From NCBI GenBank assembly GCA_965235115.1, contig OZ249438.1:30256001-30320000 (forward strand): DNA of 64,000 nt, in the 5' to 3' direction. Positions 1 through 13,100 of this stretch are shown piece after piece. The stretch comes from Laetmonice hystrix (lineage: Eukaryota). Positions within the stretch are counted from its first letter, which is position 1, and each line of letters opens with the position of its first letter. Made by a program: the position numbers and the translations under genes. A model generated the notes under the pieces. It was given only the letters and a program-made list of their open reading frames with translations. It did no database searches and had not been told where the DNA came from.

Positions 1-3000
1 CTCTGTATTCCCGATGTGTGTTATTTAATCCGCGGTGTACGGCCCTGCCCCGATATCATGCCATGTGATTTGAGTTGCCATATCGTCTGTCTCGGTGAAT
101 GGTAAAAAGCCGACTTGAAATATGCTGCATTGTTATTGGAGTGGTTTATCGGATATCACCGACTGGAGCAGGAAGAGGAAGTGGAGAACGGAGCGGCCTG
201 GAATATGGCACTCAGTATAAGGTCACGGACGGCCCGCTGGAGGACAAACAATGCACGGGTTGCGGGTCGTAATGCCAAGCACAATAACCTTTTGTCATAT
301 CACTTCGGGCACACATATATCCTGCAAAATGTGTCAGACCTCCCCCTAAATCAAGACGTCATGATTCTGTGACCCCACAACTGAAAAGGTCGGATGACGG
401 CCAATAATCGTCACGCATGTAAATCAAACAGTCTGCATTCTCCACCTAGGACATTCACAATGTGGCAATTCTCGGTCAGGCGCTGACTAGGCTGTAAAAC
501 CGAGCCTGGGGTTCAATGGAGAACCCCATTCTATGGGGAAATAAGTGTGAGAACGGGGTGGACAGGATGCGAGCCACCTGATTTATAATGTCCACTCTGA
601 CGACACTTATTGTTTTTTAAGTCAGAACGAATGTGCCAGATACGGCTCATCCTGCTCCATAATTTGACTTTCATCATTATCAGAAGCAAGGCTGAGTGGA
701 CTTTACGACTATGCGTCCACCATGCATTTCCGTTATCTGCATGCGAATTTGGTGACGATTGGTTATTTCTGTGCCATGATGGGTAATTAACATAGCGCTC
801 GACTTACAGATGCATGAAAAGATAACAGCCAAGGCCACAGATGGGCTCAGGCCAAATCTTTTTATGTGGCCATCCTCGAGCATAACTCCAAAAATATGGC
901 ACCCCTGAAAGCTTCTTCCACCACAAGGCATACGTGAGAGAGCTGAAGTGGTGGAAGGGGCGACTCTTATAACATTCACTTGCTTTTTGCCGGGAGTGTT
1001 GATTGTCTAGTCTCCCAATAAAGTTTTAAGAGAATATTTGATCTCCCTTCGATTTGGAAATTTGAATCTGGCTGTTAAAGGTTCTAGCCAGCCTGAAATA
1101 GTACTGCCAGATTTCCTTAGATACCAAGTGCAATACTGAGATAGCCAAGGGAATCCGGTGGGGTCTATAGGCTAGGTCTTGATCCTGCCAATCACTAATG
1201 GTACATCCGGCTACGGGGCTGGGGCTGTTCCCAGGGGCCCGCGTATTTAGTGAGATACCTCTATCATATATCAGAGACAAAGAAACACAAAAAACACAAT
1301 GGCACATAAAGAACCATATTTATAACCTAACATCAGGCCCTGGAGAAAACAGCTTCGAGCCCCACCCAACCGCCTCCTATATCCCTGCCTTCTTGAAAAC
1401 TGCAACACTTCAGAACGATACTCTGGCATTCAATGTGGTACAGCTCTCTGATTTGTCCGTACTCTCCAGGAAATGTAATTGGAATTGTGTGCCTGCCCAA
1501 CACTGAACACCTAAACCTAATTAGTAAATGCCCTTCAGTGTCCAGACATTGCAGTCCACTCTGATATCTCTTAAAGTTACGAAAGGCTTGCTTTTTATGA
1601 TACTACCTTCGAGATAAGATTTCTTACAAAGGCAGCTTTGCTACAGAAAGAAGAACCTTTCTGGGGCAATGATTGCCTTGCGACATATACAGTGCTGTTT
1701 GACAAATATATGAGGGACTTACACATGACATTTATTCTACTGAGAACAGTCAACTTTTGAATCAGAAGCTGATAAATTGTTGCCAGCAGACAATGTAGAT
1801 GTTACACAAGTTTGTTGTTGCAAATGGTCACATTGAGAAATATAAACTTTATAATTGCCCTAAAGGCGAGAGGCCTGAAACAACTACGTGAGACAATGGT
1901 AGGAGTTTTCCACGTAAGAATTTGCTGAAGGCACGTAAAGACTAGTCAATATGATATTTGTGGGAAGGAGAATGTTAAATTTACTACTACATGTAAAACC
2001 CTATCAGGCTATACCAAACTTTATATATTCGAAGCCATCCATAAAACAAAATCACGATGCTGCCAACACGCTTACAACCACTTAAGTTTTAATCAGGAAG
2101 TAAAAGAGGAGATAATAAATGTAAACATTTCTAACACATAAAGGAGAATTTATCTTTCAATAGCCAGGACGGTTTGACACGTGGCCGGTGTGCAGGTGTT
2201 GAGAATGTGGACAGATTATGACCGATGCTGCTCACTACCGGCGGTAATGAACAGTAACGGTCGGGCCAACTAGTTCGACCGCCGCAATCATTTACTCTGG
2301 CCGTGTTAATTTCACACTGGCCCGAGGCAGGAAGGGGATGTAAAGAGACGGGGAAGGTAGTCTGCTACATTAACGAAACCGAGTGAATTATACGAGCAAT
2401 GCTGGCTTCAAGTTCACACCTTTTAACTTGAAGGGAACATTATGGTCATCATTTATAGAATGAGACAGTGTCAGGTGAGAACTTCAGCTGCCTGTATATC
2501 CTTCATTAAAATATATGACCGAGGACAACCAGAGTTACAAAGGATCAATACGCACGAATCAATGGCAAAACTAACTGTAGATAACCTATGAAACATTATC
2601 TCATAGGCTACCGGCAATTTCAAAAGATGATATATAACAACACAAAGCAATCCAATACATGTCTGTCAAAAGTCCCGTTAAATATCATCGTGATAATCGT
2701 GATACTGGCGTATTCAACATTACAAGTCTGCCACCTACTTCACCGTTTCAAATTCAAAACTGCGGGGTTTCTACCGTTATTCGAACAACTGAACCACCAA
2801 ATTTAAATTTCTCTAAAGGTGAAACGGATACATGCAGCGAGGTGATCTAAATGCAACTCGGGCGGATCGGGATCGTCTATTTAAAAATTCTTCAGTGACA
2901 CACATCTTAAATCATGTTAGCGTACTGATGACGCCACTGATATTAAAGGTCATAGAAAAGTTCAAACTAGGCCCCCCTATCAATATAAGGGTGTTCAGCA

Positions 3001-3226
3001 TGAACAAGCTTGTCTACCTACAATCCTGTGATGGTCTGATCTTTAATAAAAGAATAATCAACTGAAATGTAGTTAGACATTCTCCCGCTGGCTTCGTCTG
3101 CTTGTCTGCCCTACTTGTCCGCGAATTGTTATGTGGCCGCCAGGCGGAACGAACCACGCAGATTCCCGGCCAGAGGGCCGCTATTCAAGTCCCACTGCGA
3201 TCCCACTTTTACCAGAAACATGCCCA

Positions 3227-3263
3227 TGACGTCACCGTTAAACCAATTCGAAGCAAGATGGCG
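3227..3263. promoter_or_regulatory. Promoter-like motif cluster: CRE (TGACGTCA), CCAAT and YY1-like AAGATGGCG
   Basis: TGACGTCA 3227-3234, CCAAT 3243-3247 and AAGATGGCG 3255-3263 within 37 bp of a CpG-rich stretch. Confidence 0.35.
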
Positions 3264-3349
3264 ACAGATTTATCGACGATTTCAGAGAGGGTTCCAAACG
3301 ATAGTTGCACACAAACTCTGTATTTGTTAACATACCCTAATAAGGGTGT

Positions 3350-3351
<2 letters not shown>

Positions 3352-3402
<51 letters not shown>
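3352..3402. repeat. (AG)25 microsatellite
   Basis: Uninterrupted AG dinucleotide run. Confidence 0.98.
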
Positions 3403-3406
<4 letters not shown>

Positions 3407-4769
3407 AAAAAAAGGTGTCTGCTGTCACCGGTAAGAGTACAGAGTCAGTGTAGTGTAATGAGTCAGTCGTAGTGAGTGAGTGAGTGTCCGATGAAGACAT
3501 CGAAGGATTGCCACGGGGTAAAGCGTGTTGGATCTGTTGATAACAGTCTAACAGAAACGGGGGCTAGGGGGCCGTTTCACTAACAGCGACGGACTAGATC
3601 GCCGAGATCGGAGACGGAGGGAATTTTCCACCCTTTTTTGTTTTAGCAGACTTGAAAAACTTCCAGTAAAACTAAAACCAAGATTAGCTGGTGTTTGTGA
3701 CGCCTGTCTCGTGGGAAAATAGCGCATGACCCGAATGGTATTTTTAAAAGTCGCCGTAGACAGTGTTCCACTTATCGGTGCGACCTTAGACACTGCACAT
3801 GGTGTTACCTTTGTTCAAAGGTACGTTAGTGAGGAACTTTACCTGCCTCTTTAAGTATAATATTTGGATGGAACCTTCTGCCCAAGAGGGAAATATGATT
3901 TCTTTAACGTCATCTCACTATGAGACTGATGATAGTATGGATTGCAAAGACATCCACATAACATTTGGCACCACGCTATTAATCACAGAATTGTCGGTAG
4001 ACTTTTACAGACTTATCGTAATATATATCAAATGAAACCTGAGCGGTTCGATCAGAAATCTTAAGATAGATGGGTTAAAGAACTAGGACAGTGCTCCAAA
4101 CATATCAGTTACAAAACACAAAGGCTGTTAGAAATTAATTATGTTCAGTTGGTAAACCCTAGATTTTTTCAACCTTTATTCGAAACTTTGAGAGGATATC
4201 TTTGATTATAATTTCAACTTCCTTTTTTGGCTGTTGACTCTATAATTACACTCAGGGAGTGGAACTTAGTACTTTCAAGTTTGCATACTCAAATAACGTG
4301 ATCATACCATTGCACTTGTTATGTCTCCATCAATGACTTAAAGGAATATTTGAACTAATTGTCCTAATATTATGTTGGATTAAACTTAATGTATAAAACT
4401 CTCATATATTTTTATCATACGTTTTTTTAACATGCCAAAGCTGTGGCATGTTGATAGATTCCATCAGCTAAGTGTAATACATTCTAGCCAATGATCAGAA
4501 GCAAAATTTCAAAAAAGAAATGCAATTCACAACGACCGTTCTGTGGCATTATCTTTACATTTCCACAATATTGCCTCATCCTTTGCGAAAGCAACGACTG
4601 ATGTGCAATTGACCCCTCTGTACAGTCCAAGAGCAAACACTGTCTCTGATCTGGGACAGGTCAGAGGTCAGAGGCCAAAGACAAGATTGATACATGGGGA
4701 ATGCATGATTAAAGGTCAGTTGGGTTTGACCCTGCCAGAATGATTCCGCATGGTCGCTTATAATTTCCA

Positions 4770-4784
4770 CCACCAGAGGGCAGC
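4770..4784 (+). promoter_or_regulatory. CTCF-like motif CCACCAGAGGGCAGC
   Basis: Exact match to the core consensus CCASYAGRKGGCRS. Confidence 0.45.
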
Positions 4785-7700
4785 GCCGGTGGCCGGTGGT
4801 ATAAATTGTATGGCAACGCTCAGATATTTCCATCAGTTACGGCGGAAATAAAGCGCGCCGCCCGGCCGCGCAAACCGGCCGCCTGATAGATTGCGACCAT
4901 ACGCGGGGTCGGCCAGGGTCGGCTCGTGCCTTCTGTATTAGGACCTTCAGACCAACAATGACGGAGCACCTTATCAGAAACCTTCCTAAATATGTAATTC
5001 CTTAAAACAGCAGACATCGGTTGGCAACAGTTTGCTTTCTCGATTTGAAGTCTTAAAGTTTTCATACCGATAAAGTTCTTGCGTATAGTTCTTTACGCTT
5101 AGTGTGATTGGACAAACTCGTCAGGACTAACCTAAATTGCGAACACCGCATACTGGCGAATGTTAAGAATACTAGAATAACTATGAATATAAGCTCGCAT
5201 ACTTCTTTATTATCTGTGATACTGGCTGTCTCTAAATCTGATATGTCTGGAAGTGTAACACGCCGGTGGGGCTATGAAATGTTGCTCCAAAAGGTCTGGA
5301 TTGTCAGAATATCTGCTTTGTAGTTTTAATATCAGCAGAAGTTGAGATACAGTGAAAATCCTGGGCTTCCTATAAAACCATAAAAAGAGCACCGTATCTA
5401 GTGTCCTGGATGAAAATCCTTTGATCTAGGAATATGGTAATGAGCCATAAACATGTGTTTTGATTGTTATAAATGTTATCGCAGTTTTACATAGACACAT
5501 TTAAAGCCAATTCAGTAAAACCGTTACTGCAACCTTTCGGCAGAGGATGGTTTTCAGTTGTCTGTCTAGACATGACTTACAAAAAAACCACCGAAACATC
5601 GCCGTCTTGAAAACGCTCCCTTGCCTCCAAATTGGTGTAATTCGGATCATGTAAACTCTCCAACCTCTTGGCTTCCCCTCTCTGGCAGGCACGGCCTTAT
5701 CGAAGTCATTAATTACGATCCAAGTGTTAATAAAGCAAGCATAAACCAAACAATCAGTTCCGAAGAACGCCTACTTGTGCCACGTCCAATCACGCTATGT
5801 TAAAACTAGAGAATATCCGACATCATGTTCCATCGGACACTCACGATTTAAGGACAGCGCATCTCTTCAACCATGAAATCGCTTGGGGATCAGCCCAGCA
5901 GTATTGCAGGCGTTTGGAAATAAAACCCTAATTATCACCCTTTATTGGCATGGTTTCCATCCAATGGCGCGACCTGGACTTGCCTACTTTGTCCACTTAA
6001 CGATAGACCTCTGATTAATTAACATGCTTGCGCCATAAAAATACGCGAATAAATCACAAATTACCTATCAATCTAAAGCGGCCATTTTGAGGCGCAGTTA
6101 AGGGCGTTTTAAGGCGACAGTTATGTTGAGGACGGTAAGAACTCCGCCCATTCTGCAAACCAACAACTTTCATACTAATTGACTTTACAGCTAGTATAGA
6201 CCGGAGAAGAAGAAATTATCGGAGGCAATGCATATCAAATGGTTTCACTAAGCATATACAGTGTACAAGGCAAGCCGTAAAACAGCTAGTTTGACCAATA
6301 TTATAATGAATCTTTAAGAGACAATAGCCTAACACAGGTCTTCCTATCATTCAGTGTATAATGTATAATCGATCACGCAGACAGGCAGGAGCAGATAAAT
6401 TCTGACAACTCAGGAAACAATGCATGGAATCAGGTTTCACGTCTTGCATCAGTCGTAAAAAAATGAAATTATTCCATCAAAAAAAGGTACTACATATTCC
6501 ACACACTTAACAAACTACGACCGCAGGTCATTATACAAAAGCGATACACTTCACAGATAGAGAGCGATGTTCACCTTTTATCATAGAGCCCTGTAGAGCC
6601 CGCCAGCTCGCACACAGTCAGCACAGTCGTAACGCCCTCATGTATGTGCTGGCTTCCATTCAGCCTCCCGCACTCAACACAACATTACGGTGTATGTTCA
6701 TCTTTTCATTTCGCACTCATTTTATCGCAATTTTAAACGTGAAAAGTCAGGTATAATTGATAAAAGAGATTTTTTTTGGTATAAATGATGCTTGACTGTC
6801 CTACTTAATTTACCATGGTCAAATCTCAAGATTATGCTACTAATATTCACAATGCCATAAGCACTCCATCTTATTCTTGCAATTTTTTCAGTGCATGATA
6901 TAATAACGACATGTAATAGCGACATTTTTGTTCCTGTATACGTCTTATTCAATAAAGCCATAAATTCTTCGTTTGGAATTAATGCACGAGTACATGTGTA
7001 ACATGGACTCTTTTAATACATGTCTAGCCTAGCATCTCATTTAATAAACGGACTAACATTTGGGCTCTTGATAAATGTGTGAAGATAAAAACACTGGAGC
7101 CCATGATGTCAAAAAGATGTTGAAGGAAACTGCATCCATTCAAACGGGTGGGAGATGGCGAGGGCGCTGGACTGTAGGATCTAAACTGCTGTGGGAAATG
7201 TTTTTGCAACATTGGTGTGCGTGTGTGATGCCTGATAGTGTCTGCATAAGAGGTGTAGTGGCCTCATCTCGGAGCATACAAGCCGGGGTAGGCCTTATCT
7301 GGTGCGCGTCCATCCCCGCCCCCATTCCTAGCCAATCTATAGCCTCATCCCTACCACTATTTCAATCACGTTATCAAGGCGGACGATCTGATGAAAAAAC
7401 TCCTGCCCCAGTATAACGTTCGCCAGTGATCACCTCCCAGCGCCAAACCTACGTAATTCTAGATGAAAGAGCCTGACTGTCCACCCCTAAACCTGGGTCT
7501 GGCATGGGGTCCGGCCCATCCCGTCCTACAGTGGCAAAGGGGGTCGTCCCACGGACGGATAGCACGCAAATCTACTTTCTATCACCATTTGTCAGAGCAC
7601 CCGAAATGATTGATTCTAATGCTGTACCTAGTGCACAGTTTGTCACAAATTGTGTGGGACTGAATCGGATTTCAGTACTTAATCTCACCTGTATGACGGT

Positions 7701-8431
7701 GGCTATATTGCACTAAATGTAAATTAAAAGGTTAAACACCATGACCACCACCAACTCTTGGTACAGACACTGATATCCTTCAACAATCCCCTGATTTCTG
7801 TCAACGAAACGTTTACCTTTTAACAAACTGCCTAACCCTAGATTTATTACTGACATACTCGACGTCTATCCGCCACTGCGTAATGGTTAATATTACCAGC
7901 ATCAGGAACCGGAACGCTGATATCGTCAAGATCACAATCCGAGTCGGGACCGTGATCTGATATCCTCTTGAAGTCATTTAATACAATTTGAAAATCCGAC
8001 GTAAGTGACAGGAGTTCAACAACTAGAATCCTCTATAATGAAGGGGGAAATGCTTACAACACGTACGTCGCATGGAAAATTTGTAGAGTAGGTGCTGGTC
8101 ACTACTTGAAGACAGGAGACATCTCGAATGAGCAGGTGCGCGCGCCATTTGAAATTAAGTCAGTTAAGTGCCAATCGACAGTGGGCAGTTGATCGATCTG
8201 TACCACCAATTACTGGACAAACTTTGAGGTTAGGCCCAGTACTCTTGTCATTGTATCTGCTGGCCACCTGCCCATACAGCGGATAGCCTGTTGTTGGTAA
8301 CTTCTGGATTGGTGTACCTATTGAACCTTGGTGGGCAAAGCACGACAGACTCGGAGCAGCATCCAATGACTAGTCACAGCCTGCTCATGGTGTCGGAAGC
8401 TATTGATAGTTGGGGCAAGTCTATGCCTTGA

Positions 8432-8507
8432 CAGGGGCGGATCTAGGTATTGAGGGGGGGGGGGGGGGGGGGGTGGCTCCCCTGCCCCTCCTGTTCCGAC
8501 ACCCCTG
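8432..8507. mobile_element. 76-bp mini-element with CAGGGG...CCCCTG ends and an internal poly-G run
   Basis: Starts CAGGGGCGGATCTAGG, resembling the CAGGGCCGGATCCAGG terminus of the element at 20161. No TSD seen. Confidence 0.45.
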
Positions 8508-9660
8508 ATGCTGACTTACTGGGAGTGTTGTGGGACAGCTCCGTGATAATTGTAATAGTATTATTCATAGCCCCATCATGAAAGAGGCAGGTTCTAATGG
8601 CCAGGATTAATTCCTCACAGTGTTCTTCCAAGGGCTCAGCCCGGTGCGCAACCATCATTTTGCTAGCAATGTCCATAGGACCATGATTTTTCCGGTGCTG
8701 TTGCGATTTATCTCTTTCTGGTATCTTAGGACTTTTACCCTAAAACCCATTGACGGGACAAATTTGTATCAAATCAGCACAATTTTCCAATCCCTTTGAA
8801 AACTGTATGTGTAGGAACATTGATAGAAAGTCACTGTTGCTAAACTTCCAGATGACTCTCCACATAATTTACACCGTTTGCGGATTAACCTTTCTCTTGA
8901 GTATACAATCACAGTGATTTCCGTGCAGCTTCAAGTGCAAAGTGTAAATATGTAAAGAGGTGGCGTTGTATGGTAAATACCTTGGCATGCCGTGGCCACC
9001 TGATAACCCGTTGAAGCCTTCCGGCTGCAGAGTAGTGCGTGTTTGTAAGTCCACTGTCAACAACTTCCTAGAAATTTGCCACCTCCGTGCACACAATATT
9101 GCCATACATTCTTCACAGAGTGACTGCCCCTAGAAATTACGTGCCACCTCCTTGTTTTTAAGCTGTCATTCCGAGTTGAATATTTGCACCATGATTGGAG
9201 CAGGCAATTTTAGCTCGATGATATGTGAGCTCCGTTGGTCCATTTCTCTTGCAATTTTGTCACTTCCAACTCCCTGGAGACCGTACTTTCTCGTGACGAG
9301 AATTGTTCGCACGTGGATGGCGGAAGTGGGCAAGTTCTGCTTCAAGGTCTGCCAATGAACTCATTTCGTGCTAGCGCTGCTGTGGCCGTCTCTAACTCCG
9401 GCCTCCCTCGTAAGCCACCCTGTTGATTCCACTACATAAGTGTTAGTGTCCATGTCTGGACTGGAACAATAAAAAGGCACATAAATATCAGCTCGATAGT
9501 CATCCTTCCCTAGCTTTCCCTGCATGCACTGGCAGAGCTATCAATATCCCTGTAACCATCAACGAAAAGAAAGGAAAAGGTGGACGCGCGAAAGCTACGT
9601 AGAGCTCACTGGAACGGACAACACAGGTTAGAGTACCCGAGGAGGTGCAAATAAGCCTAA

Positions 9661-10170
9661 CGCCCCGTTCCCACCTTCACGATTTTTACGCCGATTCATG
9701 CCTATGTACCAAGACCTATTAATCGTATAGTGAGCCGCCTGAAAAGCACAAAATTCAGTCACGGCCACGATTGTGTTACGATATGTACAACGCGATATCA
9801 CGATATCGCTATGAGCAACTACGACATAAGTACGATATGTCACGACTTACCAAGACTGTGACATGATGAATCATAATGTGTCACGAATTTCTAAGATCTC
9901 ACACGATGTTGTTACGACTTAGCTACGATTATCTTTCTCATTCCGTTCATGTTCATATCGTGTTATGTCGTGGGCATTCGTAGCATATCGTGACTACATC
10001 TTCCACAATCTTGGCCATTTCCCACAAGACTACTGCCTACGAATATTCACGAACAATCACGACACTAAAACGATCTGTCAGGACACCATTACGACATGAC
10101 TACGACATTGCTAAGACATATGACGATCCGTGACGAGCTCGTTAAAAATCGTGAAAGTGGGAAAGGGGCT
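9661..10170. mobile_element. PIF/Harbinger-like MITE (~510 bp)
   Basis: ~27-bp imperfect TIRs (cGCCCCgTTCCCACcTTCACGATTTTTA / TAAAAATCGTGAAaGTGGGAAaGGGGCt), flanked by TAA and TTA. Interior is rich in ACGA/TCGT motifs and has no ORF. Confidence 0.75.
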
Positions 10171-13100
10171 TTAGTCTTCGAAGAAACTTTTAAACGGCGA
10201 CGAGATTCATATAAGATTATTAAACTACACCTCTTCAATATTTTGTAAATTTTCGACGAAGGCTACATCCGACATTTGACTCAAGTTCATACATTAAAAC
10301 TGCCTTCTCTCTAATTTAAAAGGCTTTCTTCTCCGCATCTACTGCTGCACCAATCAATGCATTAATTTTGTACATCTCCATTGGATATATCAGATTAAAT
10401 CCGGAGGAAATGGTTCTACAGCAACTGAATACTTTCTACAGTACAGTTAAATTGCCGGGGATTCTGTAAATTAAGGACTGTTATTAAAGTCCATAACAGT
10501 TTATGAGTGAGTACGAAACGCTTTAATACTGTCAGCAGCTACACGCAATCTCCAGGGCGAGAATACAATCTTTGAATGTTCCTCGGTTCTCTGACAATGA
10601 CGATCACACGGAGATAAGAAACTGTTGCCAGGCCCACACAGTGGACGTTTATGATTAGAGGAATTATCATCACAACTGCCTGGAAAATGATGTTGTCTAC
10701 ACTGCCATCTTTTCATTAAATTCTCACATTCAACCAATCTAAACAATTACACTGTCTTGGCGAAGTCCTCGTTATTCACCCGTCCTCAGACACGGCCATC
10801 CATCACTGGGCCGAATTCATGCACGAAATAAGTTTCCCATGGAGTGACGCCACCGCCTGCTTATCAAGGAATTATGTGATTCTCAATATAATCTAGAGAG
10901 TCAATCATTCCAGCGGGCCAACCCAACTGGTCCCTGTGTCTGCCTCAGAAATATAGCGAAAGTGATCGCACGTCTTACTGAGGCTGTATCCCGATTACTA
11001 CCGCCACGTGTAAGTTCCTCTGCAGACTTCCGACGGCTGAGTCAGTCCCAATCCCCGTCAGCATGACTAGGAAAACAATGTCTACTTTACAGCCCGGAGC
11101 GGGGACCAGGTCGGGCAATGGAAACAGAAAAATATGAACGAGGAAAGTGCAAGGCAATTGGCCGGGTGTCAGTAAAATGAAGATCTAAGGGCGAGCTGTG
11201 CACGTCGGTGTTGCTGTCGTCAAAAGTTGCATAGAACCATGAATAAGAATAGATGAGTTCAACTCCTGGTTAGATTGTATAGCAGGTGACCGAGGCGATG
11301 TAACCGACCGCGGGCGGGTGGGCCGATCGCCGGTAGTTTGACTTTGGGAGAAGGGGCATAAATTCACACCGACTCCGTCAATTGGGCTCCTTGGAATGTC
11401 GCGCAGCCGAGGAAACTGATACGGTTTTCAATTTAGTAAGAGCCATCCTGAAAACTGTGGCCTAAGTATCGGAATTGCAGCCATATCTTGGCCGTTTGCA
11501 TACAAGGTCGTCCACTCACTGCCTGCTTACATGCATACAGTACGCATGCCTCCCATTGCCCATATGTATGGGTGCATATGTACTAATGTACAAAGTGTGT
11601 ATGCTAATACATGCGTGCGTACATGTAAACATGTACGCGTACCATATGAAATCAATCATAACTTTCTTACGTTGCACAGCAAGTGTTGACATACTGTGGA
11701 TAACGTCCACATTTGATCGTACACAGTGAGGACAGGAATTCGAGACTCAGATTAGATTATTGCATGTTTTGTAACTAAAAGAAGTGAAAAAAAATAAAAT
11801 ACGCAGGAGACAGGACAAGCCAGCTGCGGTTGATGATGCATGAGCGGTACAATGGTCATTTTTGTCCTTTATGAAGCATGGATCAGCACTATCTGATTAC
11901 ATTTCTGAATAACCTGCCAGCCAAGTGCATGCAATTTGTCCATCCATCGCCGCCTTTCAGAAGATCCGGCCGCACACATTGCTTGCAGCGAGTAGAGGAT
12001 CTCCGCAGGCTTCTGAACACATGATAACATTTTATACTTAGCATGTTCTTGTTACGGAAAGCATTCACTGTCACTATTATATATAATATGTTCATACAAA
12101 CTCACTAAACACACCGAAACACGCTCATATTTTCTTTGTCTCCTTCATCGGTAATTTAAAGATACATATAAGACAAGCAAGCCAGTGCAGATATATATTC
12201 AGACACAAATTACGCAGCTGGTTGAAGAGACTGGATAGCAGGTTAGTATCAGTGAGGATTAAACTACGGAAGTTTTCTGTCGTACTACAAACAAAGTTTT
12301 CATTTTGAGAAAAAAAACATTGTTCCCGCTATCGCCATGGCTTCCACAGTGGCGTCCGGATGAAGCAGAGAAAGATGCACACACACATGCAAAGCAACTA
12401 AATATTATTTTCAAAAAGACAATAATCGGGTAACATTTCAGCTGTAGTCCAACACTGAAAGTCAGGCTTGCACTAGAAAAGCAAAGAAAAGTCACTTTCA
12501 AATGCATTCACAGATTTCCCTCTACATACAAGTAATCTCGTGACAATCTGATTCAGGAACCAAGTCAAAGATTACCATCACATTCTGGCCTGTGGCCTGC
12601 GAACACGACACTCCAAATGACATGCTGTCAAGGCAGCACGGTACCACATTGCCTTCATTGCTTTGATTGCTGTCTTGCTGATGCCATCAGCTGTGGGAAG
12701 CACCAGCCTGCTGGCACTAATCTAACTCTATTGACTGCATATCTCACGGACAAACCTCCTCAAAACTGTCAAAACCACGCAGCCCATCGTCTCTGTGTGG
12801 CATTTACCTAACGACTGCCTCAATCCAGTCAAGACATTTCTGACTCGATTCATTGCGATACATTATTACAGTCGCGTGCAGTTGTAACCTTAGGGAAAGT
12901 CCTTCAGAAATTCTACTGCCAAGTTTCTTTCCCCATAGACTATTCAGGATTATGTTAATTTAATTTTAGCGAAACAATTATTGCCTACGCAAATATCGTC
13001 GATAAGTCCTATAACCAGAAATGAGAACTTTATTCACTCTTACTCTCAATATCCGAATGCCAAAAACAATGTTTTTAAGTTTGAAATTATTTATGGGATT

